DNA of 64,000 nucleotides from assembly GCF_963853765.1 (NCBI RefSeq), contig NC_088855.1, positions 31,806,001 to 31,870,000 of the forward strand. Reading direction: 5' to 3'. A program made the position numbers and the translations under genes. Each line of letters opens with the position of its first letter. Position 1 is the stretch's first letter. Positions 51,901 to 64,000 of this stretch are shown piece by piece. Origin of the DNA: Magallana gigas (taxonomy: Eukaryota). The notes below the pieces were generated by a model. That model saw only the letters and a program-made list of their open reading frames with translations, made no database searches and was not told where the DNA came from.

Positions 51901-52705
51901 CTTTTGAACACGTTCTTAAAAAAGCCACCAACGCGTGCAAAAGAAGCCATTGCACCAAAAGTGAGTTGCGTATTGCATATGTGACGTCATAACTGATCTC
52001 GGTATTTATTACTGGAGACAACTCAGTATGTGACCAAAACGTCCATTAAACATGTTTTATAAAATTATCAGTTGAAATCGAGAGATTTAATGAAATTTCA
52101 ATAGGTATGCTGGTTTGATGGGTAAAAACTGATGGTCCCAAGGAAGAAGCTGCCATAAGACCATTACTTATATACTTACTTATCTTTCGGGGAAAATATG
52201 AAATACAAAAAAGGTAAAATAAAAAAAAAATAATTCACTGATAAATATTATTTCAAAGAGAAAACGATTATTTACATTTTATTTGCCATGAGCTTAATCT
52301 GTCCTCCAGGGTTATAAAAAATCGTGATACCTAATTTCCATTGGGGGCTACATGTAGGTCCTCTGAGCCCTCTACCTGCTCAGTCGTAAAATCTTCTTCT
52401 TCTTTTTTAATTCACCGCGTCAACGCTCGGATGTTGTATATGTAACGCTAAAAATAACGAAAAGACCAAACAACACTGAATACTTCGAATCTTTAAAATC
52501 GATTCTAGGCCAAGAAATTCAGTATATAAAGCAATCGGCACGAGCAATGAAAATTTTCAAATTTTCAAGATGAGTCATCCGAATCCATTTTCATGTCAAA
52601 TGCAGAAGTTAGTACCTAAATTCTAATTTTTTAAATAATAGTTTTAAAAAATACCAACACCACTTGTACACTGTCACATAAAATTACAAAACAAGCATGG
52701 AAAAC

Positions 52706-54034
52706 GGTTTGTTCCCGTTTTGCACACATTTGAAAATGTGGTATCAAAAAAATGTGTGCGAAACGGGAATTTGACCAGGTGAGATAATTGCATAATTGCT
52801 ATAGTCTATATCACAATTCCCGCGAGGGTAATTGACAATAAAATAAGTAAAACATATTTACTCGCAATTTATATTTACATTTTATTTTATCTTACAATAT
52901 AAATTGCATAAAAGCACATTTACATAATAATCACCATCCATATTCATGAATTTGATTTCAAACATTAATTTGGTCATGAACAATTTTTTTATTTTTATAA
53001 ATAAGAAAGATTATTGCAAAAATGTTGAATATGTAGCGCCTTTGTTTAACTTACTGCCTATATAGGAAGAACATGTACACGCTAAAAATTTGAAGAGAAA
53101 ATATCATATGTTAATATTTAATTATCGCTTTTGCTGACATAAATGGAGGAGATGTGTCTTGTGAAAACACTGCTTAACATTTTTCATTGATGTTGTGGCT
53201 TGAAAAATCGAAGAAATAGACAAACTGTATGCCGATAAATCGGCAATTTTATATGCTTCAAAAACTGTAAAGATTATTTCACAAAACCTATTAAATGTAG
53301 ACCTAATTCATGCATTTTCAACCTTTTTCAGTTTTAGTTATATCGCATAAATATTGAAATATTATTTTTGTCAGAATTTTTTATGTATTTAACCTCTGAT
53401 TTGAAAAACTAGAGAGTGACCCGCCATAAACTAAAGCGATGATGTCATAAGAACTACCGTCAAGGTTGCTACTTCAAAGATTGAAATATTTTGTGATAAA
53501 GATCTGTTTTCTTTCATAATATTCTTTCTGTTGATACCAAACAATCAATTATAAACATGTCTTTTACATAATTTGCAACTCAATTATAAAAAGAGACACG
53601 GAGTACCCCATATGACTGTCCTTGTAGTTTTCCCCTTCATCATATAACTATCCATTGAATCAGCTTCCAATTGGCTTGGGACCAGCAATTTTTTCTGATT
53701 CATTTTGTTTAAATTTAAGGTAAATGGACAAAAATTTGAAAGTCAAATCATCTAATCATTATTTGTTTTAATAAGTGTGTGGAAATTGAAGACTTTTTTA
53801 AATATATCATTATCTTTATCTAATCAAACGAAAAAAATGGTGATAGTTATTAGACCTAAAACACAACAAAATGTCTACATTCTTCTTGTTTTATCGTTAA
53901 GGTGCTGATAAAAGACAGGTAAAAAAACCAGGTAAAATCTTTGACCGAAAGCAGACTATAATTGCTATCACAACACAATTCACACCTATTGTTCTATACC
54001 CAATTATCAAATGTGTGCAAAACGGGAACACACC
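52706..54034. mobile_element. Non-autonomous DNA transposon, 28-bp TIRs, 8-bp TSD (Merlin/MULE-like GG...CC termini)
   Basis: tggaaaac|GGTTTGTTCCCGTTTTGCACACATTTGA ... TCAAATGTGTGCAAAACGGGAACACACC|tggaaaac. The empty site is visible at ~47696-47712. Confidence 0.9.
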
Positions 54035-54236
54035 TGGAAAACGGCTTTATGATGGGGAGTAAATGATTTAGGTAAAGTTTAATATATTATTAACAATAAA
54101 TATGATTTATACAAGAGAGTAACGAAATAAAACTCTGTTGGGGAAGGGGGGGGTGGATAAATAGAAATTGTGACTGGTTTAAAAAATGTGAAATAAATCC
54201 ACACACCCAGCACTGGCCAGCAGTCTTTCATACAAA

Positions 54237-54319
54237 TGTCTTTTACTAATTAACAATTTTTAATTGTTAATGAGTCCTTGACTCACTGACAATTAAAAAT
54301 TGTTAATTAGTAAAAGACA
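54237..54319. mobile_element. Centre-deleted copy of the TGTC...GACA palindromic element with caaa TSD
   Basis: caaa at 54233-54236 and 54320-54323. Confidence 0.8.
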
Positions 54320-54446
54320 CAAAGGTTAAACATTTCTTACTATAACTGACATGTATAAATTCAAAAGCTTTTAAAAATGATTTTATTGTGTATGTTATAA
54401 GTGAACTGCACACCGACTTCAATGTTTTAGGAGCTCTATCCTTGTA

Positions 54447-54656
54447 ACATCTTCGCTAGCCAGGGGTTTTCGATACACTTCGCTTCTCATAAACCATTGT
54501 AAATTGCCGGTCAATTTTCATTGGAGAGTTGCAGTCGGTCGTGGAACCGTTTACAGTTAACGACCTTGAACTTTTAAAATGGTCAAAATACCAAAAAAAA
54601 TTCGGATCGTTTATTAAAAGCGTAGTGTATCGGAAACCCTTGGCTAGCGAAGATGT
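54447..54656. mobile_element. 210-bp MITE with ~33-bp TIRs and a 7-8-bp TSD
   Basis: (t)ccttgta|ACATCTTCGCTAGCCAGGGGTTTTCGATACACT ... AGTGTATCGGAAACCCTTGGCTAGCGAAGATGT|ccttgta. Confidence 0.8.
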
Positions 54657-55589
54657 CCTTGTATGTGCACCTGTCTATTTTACACCGTTGCGTCATCTAC
54701 TCTCCAGATCTCCAGTGGTGATATTACCTTTCATTTGTCATTGAAATCATAGCTCGATTAAATGCACAATACAGCTATTTAACAATTGAAATATGCTTTC
54801 TAAAAGATTTTTATCATGACCCGGTAATATAGCTGATCAATTTATTAGTTTTTACATTAAACATGAATGGTAATACAATTCAATTGCACAGAACCATTAA
54901 GATATTGTTAAAATTACCTGTTTGTTTTATTATACTTTTATTCTGCACGGTCCTTTTGAAAATTGCTTTTGTTAAACATTGTGCAATTATTCAATGTCAT
55001 TAGCCATTTGTAGAAAGAGAATTGAAGACTCAGACACGAGCTCGTGCATTGTAGATCACTACTTGGAGGAGGTACATGTATGCGCAGCTGAAATCACAAT
55101 TAGTTCAAGGTCGACCTTTTGACCTTTTAAACGTTATACTTACCGCGTGTCTTTGGACGACAATGTCAAGAATGAATTTTTAAAAAAACCCTTCGGGAAC
55201 CATCCCTTCTTACTCTCAAGAATGAAATCGAATCACCCACATACAATTAAAACTATATGATGTTGTTATGTAGAAGAATTGTTTTTGAATTTTAATTTTT
55301 TTTGGAAAATAAAAATCAACTTTAAAAAGTGTTTATATTTAGTGACTCCATACAGACGTTAATTTGCATTTATAAACGACAAAAAAGATATGCTTTTATA
55401 CTTACTGTTCGATGTGTATATATCTTCTACCTTGTAAATTATGATTTTAAAAATTCTTCACGTTCACGTGTGGACAATGACAATTCAAAGGAGTATGTAT
55501 ACATGTAGTTTTTTCCCGTGATGTTTATTTATTTTCATGTTTCTTAAACACAAGTAATACATAGATGTATATGCTTCACACTTACTACT

Positions 55590-55665
55590 TTCTTCCTTTC
55601 TTACTTAGTTACTTACTTACGTACTTACTTGCAGTCGCACTTACTTACTTATTAATTTACTAACT
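55590..55665. repeat. Imperfect (CTTA/TTAC)n tetranucleotide repeat
   Basis: ttacttagttacttacttacgtacttactt... Confidence 0.8.
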
Positions 55666-56874
55666 AATACGTACGTTACATGCTGACATAGTTGTGTTGT
55701 TTGTCAATATAGTTTTATCGATATATTATGTTGACATAATCTGATAATAGAAAAATATTACTGGTATGTAGATATAAGACTACAGTTTTAGAGCAAAACA
55801 AATAGATTTTCAATCCTCTTCACACCAATGATTTCAATTAGTTCAAAGTGGTTAGAGAAAAACTTAATTTAACATATACATGTAGTGCCATTCAATTCAA
55901 TATCATCGATTATTCTTGTTCAAAAAGTCGAGAGAAACATTTTTTTAAACTAAATAGCTCATTAAGTATACATTTGCTGAAGACTGGTCCACAAAAATTA
56001 TGAAATGGGATTCATTTGATTCTAATTTATTATTCCCATTTTAGAAGAATTCAACAATGAGCGAAACGCAGCTTCCGTTTGTCTTCAAACGTATTTGTTT
56101 GAATTTCTCTCAATGAATTGAAGACATACCGCGGGGCGTTTACTTAAGGCACCGCTTGTTTCAGACAACGGAGCGGTTCAGGTCAATACAATGTCAATTT
56201 AAATCGAAAACTTAAGTTTGAATACATTACATCCATTTTGTCATTAACGCTGCCACCCATTTAAAGGTGTATATCGTATATCGTATTGTATGGCATGATG
56301 TAGTCGGGTTCTTTTTCTCTCTCGCAATATTTTTTTGGCTGTTTAATATCCGAGGTAAGTGTTTACTTTAGCCTACAGATTTTATTTTGTATATCATAAT
56401 TCTATTTCTTTCTCTTTTTTTTCTTTTTTTTTTTTTTAAAAAGCGTTTGGATATTAAAAAAAATAAATAAGCAAAATAAAAGGACACGTGTTCGTGTGCT
56501 GATAGAATCTATTCGGAATAAAAAAAAATAAGTAAAAAGACAGTTTACTCTGAATAAAAAAAAAGATTTTTAAAATAAATTACAATTATTCATGAAAGTA
56601 GAATATATTTCTATAATTATAGCTCTTTTTAAAAAAAAAATGTTTTTTTTTTCATCTTACTTTTTTCCCCATTCGGTTGTTTTACCGTAGGACTTACTAG
56701 CAGTCATTAACATTTTGTCTGTTTTTTTTTATAATATTCGGTTGAAACAAATACGTCATTTTTCAAACATATCTATTATTTATTATATATTATTATTATT
56801 ATCTATTAATTATCATATGGTTTGTATTTTCTGTAATTAAAGTTTCGGAATATTTAAGAAATGAACTCAATGTA

Positions 56875-56983
56875 TTCCCAGGTTAAACGAGTATTGGGGC
56901 AATTTACGCTTGATAATCCGCTTTGCAGATTATAAAAAGGTGTAAATTGCTCCAAACCAGGTCATACGAGTATAACCTGGGTA
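56875..56983. repeat. Short foldback element
   Basis: cccaggtta...ggggcaatttacgctt pairs with aaggtgtaaattgctcc...taacctggg. Confidence 0.55.
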
Positions 56984-59780
56984 GATATCTGTAAACATCA
57001 TATAAATTTCATAAACCTATAAATCTGCTGGTTTCTAAGCACGAATACCTTTCTTAAATTCAAACCAAATTATTTCGATATATAAAGTAAGATAGTTACA
57101 TGTACAGCTTAAAACATATCATCTCTAACATACTAGTATTGTATTTGATATACTTTGTCATTATATTTGTTCATAAGCTTTTAAGACCGTGAAACATTAA
57201 CTGGCAAGATTGGAAATATACAGGCAGCTTACGTCAATTTCACCCGTTATAAAAAAGCTAAAATCTAATGGGTTCTCTTTTCAATGTCATATCGAGCGAA
57301 ACTAGGTCAAAACATTTAACTCTCATATTTGAGGGTTTTAACAACTTTAACTAGACCTTGCACAATTTTTTTTCAAAGGTGCATAAATATCAACCATATC
57401 AACTCACTTTGAAAAAAAAAAATATTTTTCAAAGTGCGTAGACTTGGTCTCAATTTTAACGCACTTTAACGAAAACTTTTTATCAAAGTGCGTAAGATTT
57501 CAAAGTGCGTTGTAACACATGTGTCAGTATAATATTACGCATTTTGCGAGGTTTCCTTCACGGAAGTGTGAAAGAGTTAATTAGAATACGACATGTATTA
57601 TTCATTAGATCGAAATTCTTTAAGTTTGCGCATGATCAGTAAGCATATGAAAGACTGATCGTGGATTTTCGACGACGACAATATGTTCATATTTTGTAAA
57701 TACATTCAATGTGCGCATCTGAATTAGTAAGAGGAAATGACAGAGACATTTATCACTATTATAACTGTTATTTTAGGACCGCTTTTTTTTGTTTTAATTA
57801 TCTTTCGTTCCTTCAAAAAAAATCTGAAAAATTCAACATGACTACAATATATGTCACCATTAAACATATTAATGCAACGAAAGTATTAAGTGAATGCACA
57901 CATTGTTTATTTGGAAAACATGCTCTTTTTGTTAGTTGTGTTTTAGTTATTAAAAAATATCAACCCAAGAGGTATTTATATCTTCTGTGGTATGTGTTAT
58001 TTTCGATTTCATTGATGCGTTATTGTGCAAAATGTTATTGCTTCCAATCTAAAGCTGAAAGCAATTTTTTATTTGTTCGATTCAAAATTTTAAATAACTC
58101 ATGTGTATAAAATTCTGTAGTCTTTTATCACCCTCCGTTGTAAATGAACGTTTGAGTATTTCAAAACTTTATACTCTTGAAAATCATTCCTATAAGGGCA
58201 TATTTTGATCAAGAAAAAGTTTGATAAGTTTTAATATATAATCTAAAACAAATATTAAATAAAAATCTCATATACTTCTTATTAATAGTTTGTATAATTT
58301 TTATAGCATGTTTTTGTTTATCATAAGGACCAGGTGCTTTAAATTAAATGTAAAATGAATAAATAAATAAATAAATAAAACAAGATTGTTATCGATAGTT
58401 TTTAAAACTTTGAATTACAAAAAAATGATGTAACATCTTTATTTATTTTAATCCATTATCTTCACAAATTTAGCTATTGAAAGTAAAAAGAAAATCATGA
58501 GAAACATATTTAATAGGCCTACATGTATTTGATGAATCGTATTCATTTTGAATACCTATTTAAATGAAAAAAAACCCTCATATAATGTATCCAATATACC
58601 AATTGAGATTGTGTGTCAGACTGTCTGCATCAAAACTTAAATATTTACAGCGATTAAAAAATACAGAACAAAGACCGGAAATCAACAACGGTGAATCACA
58701 GTCTAGCTGGGTTTTCATGCCATCAAAATCTTACTAATCATTTTTTAAATACGTCAGCCGCCGTAATAATTGGCTAACTACATGTACGTCAATACTTGTG
58801 AACGACAAGCTTCGGTTATTAAAATACGATTTCATTCCAATTACGTCTTATTCATTCATTTGTTTCTTTTTTTCTTTTTTCTTTTTTGTTGTTGTTGTTG
58901 TCTTTGATGAATATTTGTAGCAGGGATCGGGAAGCTTCACATTTTAGTTGTAAACTACAGTACTACAGTACTATACTCTGTCCCAAGTTTTTGCTTCCAC
59001 CACTTTTCGCTGATATTTCGATAATAATAAATACCTTTGTGCTCAAACTACGTTCATCAACTAATATGAAAAATGTCCAGATTATCTGTTTTGAAACGCC
59101 CCCTCTACCGCTTCAGGTTTCAATACACATCCCAAAATAGAAAGTCTACGTAGATTTTTCATTGCATCAGCCATTAACAAGCCCGGATGATAACGCTGAA
59201 AAATTGCGCGAGGTGTCCCGAGTACTTCCGAGTGGAGAAAAGATGTAAACATTTTCCATTACAAAATCTCCGTAAGAAATTTGTTTTCCTCCCTGTAAAA
59301 TTTTATGAGTGAAAAGGGATAATTTATCACTGAAGATATCTTGGATATTTTCCATTTCATCGATTTCAAGTGTACTTCTTTCACAAGTATGTGTATTTTT
59401 TTTTAAAAATCATCAAAATGTAATGGAAGCAATAACTTTGGACAGACTTAAGATAATTTTGTTGATGTATTCAAAGCATTGTGGGTACGGCCCAAAAGCA
59501 TGTCATTTGCAAAAGTCGGGACTTTGAATGTTGACTAATTTCCTTTGCTCATTGTGTTTCTGTTTGTACTTATACATAGATGACGGCCTCAACTGATAAA
59601 ACTAAGGTTAAAGGTATCGATAATATCCATTAATTATTATAATAATCGACCGGAAGTTCTCGGCATGATAAATACGGAAGTGACGCGGAAAGGGAAAAAT
59701 TACGTAACTGAAGAAACAAACACTTCCTATACAGGCACATGACGTTATGTATGCTTCTCATACTGAAAAAATATTTACTC

Positions 59781-60060
59781 TCTGCCTAATAATACCTTAA
59801 TTTCACATCGCCGCCATATTGGTTTACATAAAACTGTAACATCAGTTGAAAGTTTCTGTTGAAATTCATCATTAAAAAAGTTTTGCAATCATCACCGTCT
59901 TCCGATCAGTTCTTCAACTCCTAACCTTACAACCTATTCAACCAAAGCAGTGCATTACGTCTGACATTAATAAAAATCACTCCGCAATCGGCATCTACTG
60001 CTTTAGATATGCGACGAAAGTAAGATGGCGGCGATGTGTATCTGTGTATCATTAGGTAGA
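59781..60060. mobile_element. ~280-bp MITE-like element with ~40-bp imperfect TIRs containing CGCCATxTT motifs
   Basis: tctgcctaataatac...cacatcgccgccatatt versus aagatggcggcgatgtg...gtatcattaggtaga. Confidence 0.6.
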
Positions 60061-60862
60061 TTTTTTTTTATTGTATTACAAGATGACGTTGCTGTAATTT
60101 TAAAAAATTCACCCCCATTAGTAAACTATACCTTCTGTAGGCAGGCGATATCATTTTGATCTTTATATAACAATAAAGCATTGGAATTTGTGTGTAACCT
60201 CCCTTTATACCAGAATGTTACCATAAACTAATGAGCTAAGTGGTCTTTCTTTACATCAAAATACTGAGTACTTACATGTTATGTACTGTTTGCAGAATAT
60301 TAGTCCATAACATCATAATCTCCCATTTAGAGCATCGAATCTCACGCATCTATTTTCATGAGCATTACTTTCCGCTCGAAAGACATTTTATAACAACGGC
60401 AAAATTTAATCTGCCACTTGATTCCATTACTTCTTTATTGCACATATACTAGCTGCAGGTCTGTAGCTCCCGGTCTGAAAAAATTCGGATGGACGACCTT
60501 GGAGCTACAGGGCCACCCATTGAAAAAATTGTATTTCTATTGCGCAGAAAAACGTGCGCTAGTTTTCGACTAATTTACCTTATTTATACGCAAATTCTGT
60601 GAAAACAATTAGTACCATTAAATTCTTCATGCAATTTACTGCTGCATAGTAATGTGCGCGCGCAAATAGTAGAATTCGCCGAATGCCTGATACTATACAT
60701 GTTAACTTCTTTGATATAGATCATAATTATTTTAGAAGTATGAACCCTTTAAATTCTGAGATAAAAAGTCAGGGTTATACATATACATGTACGTAATGCA
60801 ACGTACAAATTTAGTGGTTAAAAGCAGGGGCCTAGAGTTGGCGGAATCTCTGATAATCTGAA

Positions 60863-61359
60863 AGGGGCATGGTCACGATTTGGTCAAAAATTATTTTTCC
60901 GATTTTAACGTTTACAATGCTATAGTAAGGCATTTTAAATAGGCAACCAAAATTTGAGTGTCATTTGTTGAGTTATGAACGAGTTACAGAGCTTACAATT
61001 CTTTGCTATATAAACAAAGCTTTTGTTTACATTTTCAAATGTTGAAGTGGAAATTCCAATTTTAGACCTTAAATGAATGTGTTAAACGTTAAAAACTGTT
61101 TCTTTATGCTTAAAATGAATAAGAGGATAGAGAAATCAGCTTGAAAAAGATTTAAGTGGTATATTGAACCTATGTAAACAAAAACAGGGCACGAGCCTTG
61201 TGTACATGAAAAAGAATTGTGAGTTCTGTATCTTGCTTATAACTCTACGTCTGACTCTCAAATTTCATTTGATCATTAGAAATGCATTCCTAAAGCATTG
61301 TTAAAACTAAAAAAAAAACCAGAAAAATAGAATTCTACCAAAATCGTGACCATGCCCCT
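60863..61359. mobile_element. Kolobok-like non-autonomous element (TTAA-type target)
   Basis: tgaa|AGGGGCATGGTCACGATTT ... AAATCGTGACCATGCCCCT|ttaa. A related left end starts at ~63779 and runs off the window. Confidence 0.75.
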
Positions 61360-63778
61360 TTAAGGCTTTCACGTTTTCGTTGGAAACACATGCATATGGT
61401 CCACGTTTTGCAGTCCTTTTTAAAGGACAGCAATTTGTCTGTTAAATTAATGGAATTTGTCAAATCCTATTTAGATTGGCTGTTTAGATTTAATTATATC
61501 ATTGCATGGGGTTGACTTGAGAGAAATGCAAATTACTTGACGAATAAGCATAAACATGTATCTAAATGTTTCCATTGCTGAATTGCCTGCCCTTTCCAAA
61601 TAACCCCCTTAGTGAAAAAAACAAAAACAATCTAAAGCTTATGTGGCTCAAATAGACGGCCGTTTATAAACATAAACGTTGAAGTCGTTCTGAATTTACC
61701 TACATTGTAGCTAAATACCGATCTGATGTGTTAAATTGATAGCTAGGGACACTAAAGTTTTTTTTACGAGAGACGTGGCACTGAAACTATATTGATCATA
61801 TATAACATCAGTTAAGTGATGATCCTTCACATACCCCCCCCCCCCCCCCCCCCCGAGTTTAAGTTTATATATTTACTCAAGATCGACTGCATCCCCCACT
61901 CTTTCATCACCAAACCGTTATGTGCGATTCAAACTAAAGAATAAGATTCATTCGATTTCTATGATTTTTTTTTAACTTTCAATCTATCTCCGAATATTTG
62001 ATGATTAAAATCAATGTTTACTGAAACAGGGTTTTTATTATTGCATGATGCCATCCAACCTTATAATTTTGTTTTTTGTAATGCATTACGCTCGATAGCA
62101 TTAGTCAACGTTAAATTTTTAAGATATTCATCGAAATACACGTAGGGGGTACCATATAGAGGAAACATTGTTGTCCTACGGTAGCAACGTTTTCTTCTAA
62201 AAGCGAATTGGGATCAACTATCCGAATTCAATTGTTACGAGCAATTAAAGTTAAGCCAAGTTTCCAAAGTACATTTAACATTATCTTATCCCCAAGATTC
62301 CTTAATTTCGTCAGCTTAAGCAAATCTTGACAAACCTTGGTTGTACCATTTGTACATGTAAACGTTTAAAAACATTTCGATTTTGGTAAATCTACTTCAA
62401 CTTAATTGCAACTCAAATACCACTAATAATAAAAAGTTTACTACATTTCGAGTTCACTGTTCATTTAATCAAGAATCATATCGTTTAAAAGTCGAACAGC
62501 GCACTTGAGTCTTTGAATCTACAATTCATATTGATGTATTATACTACAAATAGTTAAACGCCAATTAAGTAAATTTGTCCTAGTATGCCTTTAGCCTTTT
62601 GAACGAAACAAAACAAATAGAAAACATCGAATGAATGAAAGTAATGAAAGATGGGATGTTGACATAAACAGACTGACGCCAAATTTAAACAGCATACTGG
62701 CAATGCAAGTCAGTCGACATCGCGCGAAAAAACAGTTGTTTTATGTCGGGCGGGTGGAGGGGGGGGGGGGGTATACCCGTAAGCAGCGATACAGGTATAC
62801 GCCGGTCAAAAATTCTATTTATTGCGATTTTCAAACTTGCATCTTCTTTCCTCTGCGTACAATTGAAAATAAAAAAAATAAAAAATTAAGTAGCAAAAAC
62901 AAGCAAATGATAAACTTTGATGAAAATACTAAAGAATTTAAGATTTATAATATCTATACATATTATATGACCTTCATGGTATATGTACAAAAAATATTCA
63001 TGTACCATAGTTAATTTGGATTTTTTTTCTATCGTAGGATCTAATTTGCACCAAATTACGGTGCACATTCTTATTGCGTCTTGCTGTCATTGCGCTGTTA
63101 CAACGCACTTTGAAAAATTACGCAATTTGAAAAACAAATTTCAAAGTCCCTAATTTTTTCACAATGCTAACAACTCAGTTTCTACAATGTAGGCAACAGT
63201 AAAACAAAAAATAATGCTTTCAACGACGAATGGAAACAAGACACGCTGTCACAAATCACAGACTTTTAGATCAAGGTCCCAATCCGAATTTGTTGTTGGA
63301 ACAAACATTAATCTATCATATTAGTTTAATGTATACTACTGTACGATCATTATAATAAATAGTTTTTTTATTCCCCATTTAACTGTATTTTTCTTATTTG
63401 TCTCTCGCTGACAAGCGGCCTGACTCTTTATTCGAATATATTTTCCAGTGTCTGTCTGTAATAACACTACAAACCTATCTAACATAGTCATAAAGACATT
63501 TAATCAGTAATATAAATAACGTAGTGTGGGGCCCAAGCGGGATTTGCATAGTTAAACAGAATTTTAAAAAAAAATATAAAGGTCAATATTCAATCAACAG
63601 TTTGTTGTGAAAATCATTAAAATAAAAAAAAGAAGTCAAAAATCATTCTTTGACTTTTATGAGGGGATCAAGTACAATCATCGGGCTTTTTTCAAATTTT
63701 ATCAAAGGTATATATTGGGTTTTGGTCATTCCGACCGTATTTAATCACCTAATGATATTGAACGTCCTTAAAAAATCA

Positions 63779-64000
63779 ACGGGCATGGTCACGAGTTGGG
63801 TTGAATCATTATTTATTGTTTGTTTTCCTGTCAAATGTTTGTAATGCGTGCCATTTGTTTAAAGCTTTATTTAATTTGGTGTTTTAAAGACATAATCTCA
63901 CGGCTTTTATTTATTTCATTATTTTTGTAGAAAATATTGATAGATTCTATATAACGATCTATATATAAACACAAAAAGGCAAACGTCTTGTTTACATACC
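63779..64000 (+). mobile_element. Left part of a second Kolobok-like element, truncated by the window end
   Basis: Begins gggcatggtcacga, shared with the 60863 TIR; internal tataaac...ttgtttacat similarity. Confidence 0.55.

Larger units (their letters stand above)
48998..54402 (+). repeat. Segmental direct duplication, copy 2 (with a 1329-bp TIR element inserted)
   Basis: Colinear with 44017-48077 apart from the insertion at 52706-54034 and small indels. Confidence 0.95.

Overview
AT-rich, intron-containing animal DNA with two short N gaps. Abundant TACATGTA octamers, the MITE/LINE types and the gene content suggest a bivalve, probably an oyster (inference). All gene models were built by hand from GT-AG sites and exon phase. 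The first ~26 kb is gene-dense. It holds a degenerate paralog (+, ~410-1001) of an orphan gene; a secreted Cys-rich/EGF/EGF/VWA/VWA protein gene (-, 1510-6751); and the orphan gene itself (+, 8834-12311), with all-phase-0 introns and a 72-bp coding tandem array. These are followed by a 3-exon 82-aa ORF (-), a secreted 138-aa protein made of only the meteorin N-terminal domain (-), a divergent POLDIP2-like gene (+, 11 exons) and an intronless ANKUB1 (-). The rest is mostly non-coding, with a 5'-truncated LINE (35.3-37.7 kb), a 5-exon acidic orphan gene (41.8-43.8 kb) and many MITEs. The most striking structure is a ~4.06-kb direct duplication (44017-48077 / 48998-54402) whose junction is filled exactly by a 5'-truncated LINE with microhomology, resembling a kilobase-scale target-site duplication. 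Also notable is a TG...CA, 4-bp-TSD element that is a spacerless 102-bp perfect palindrome.
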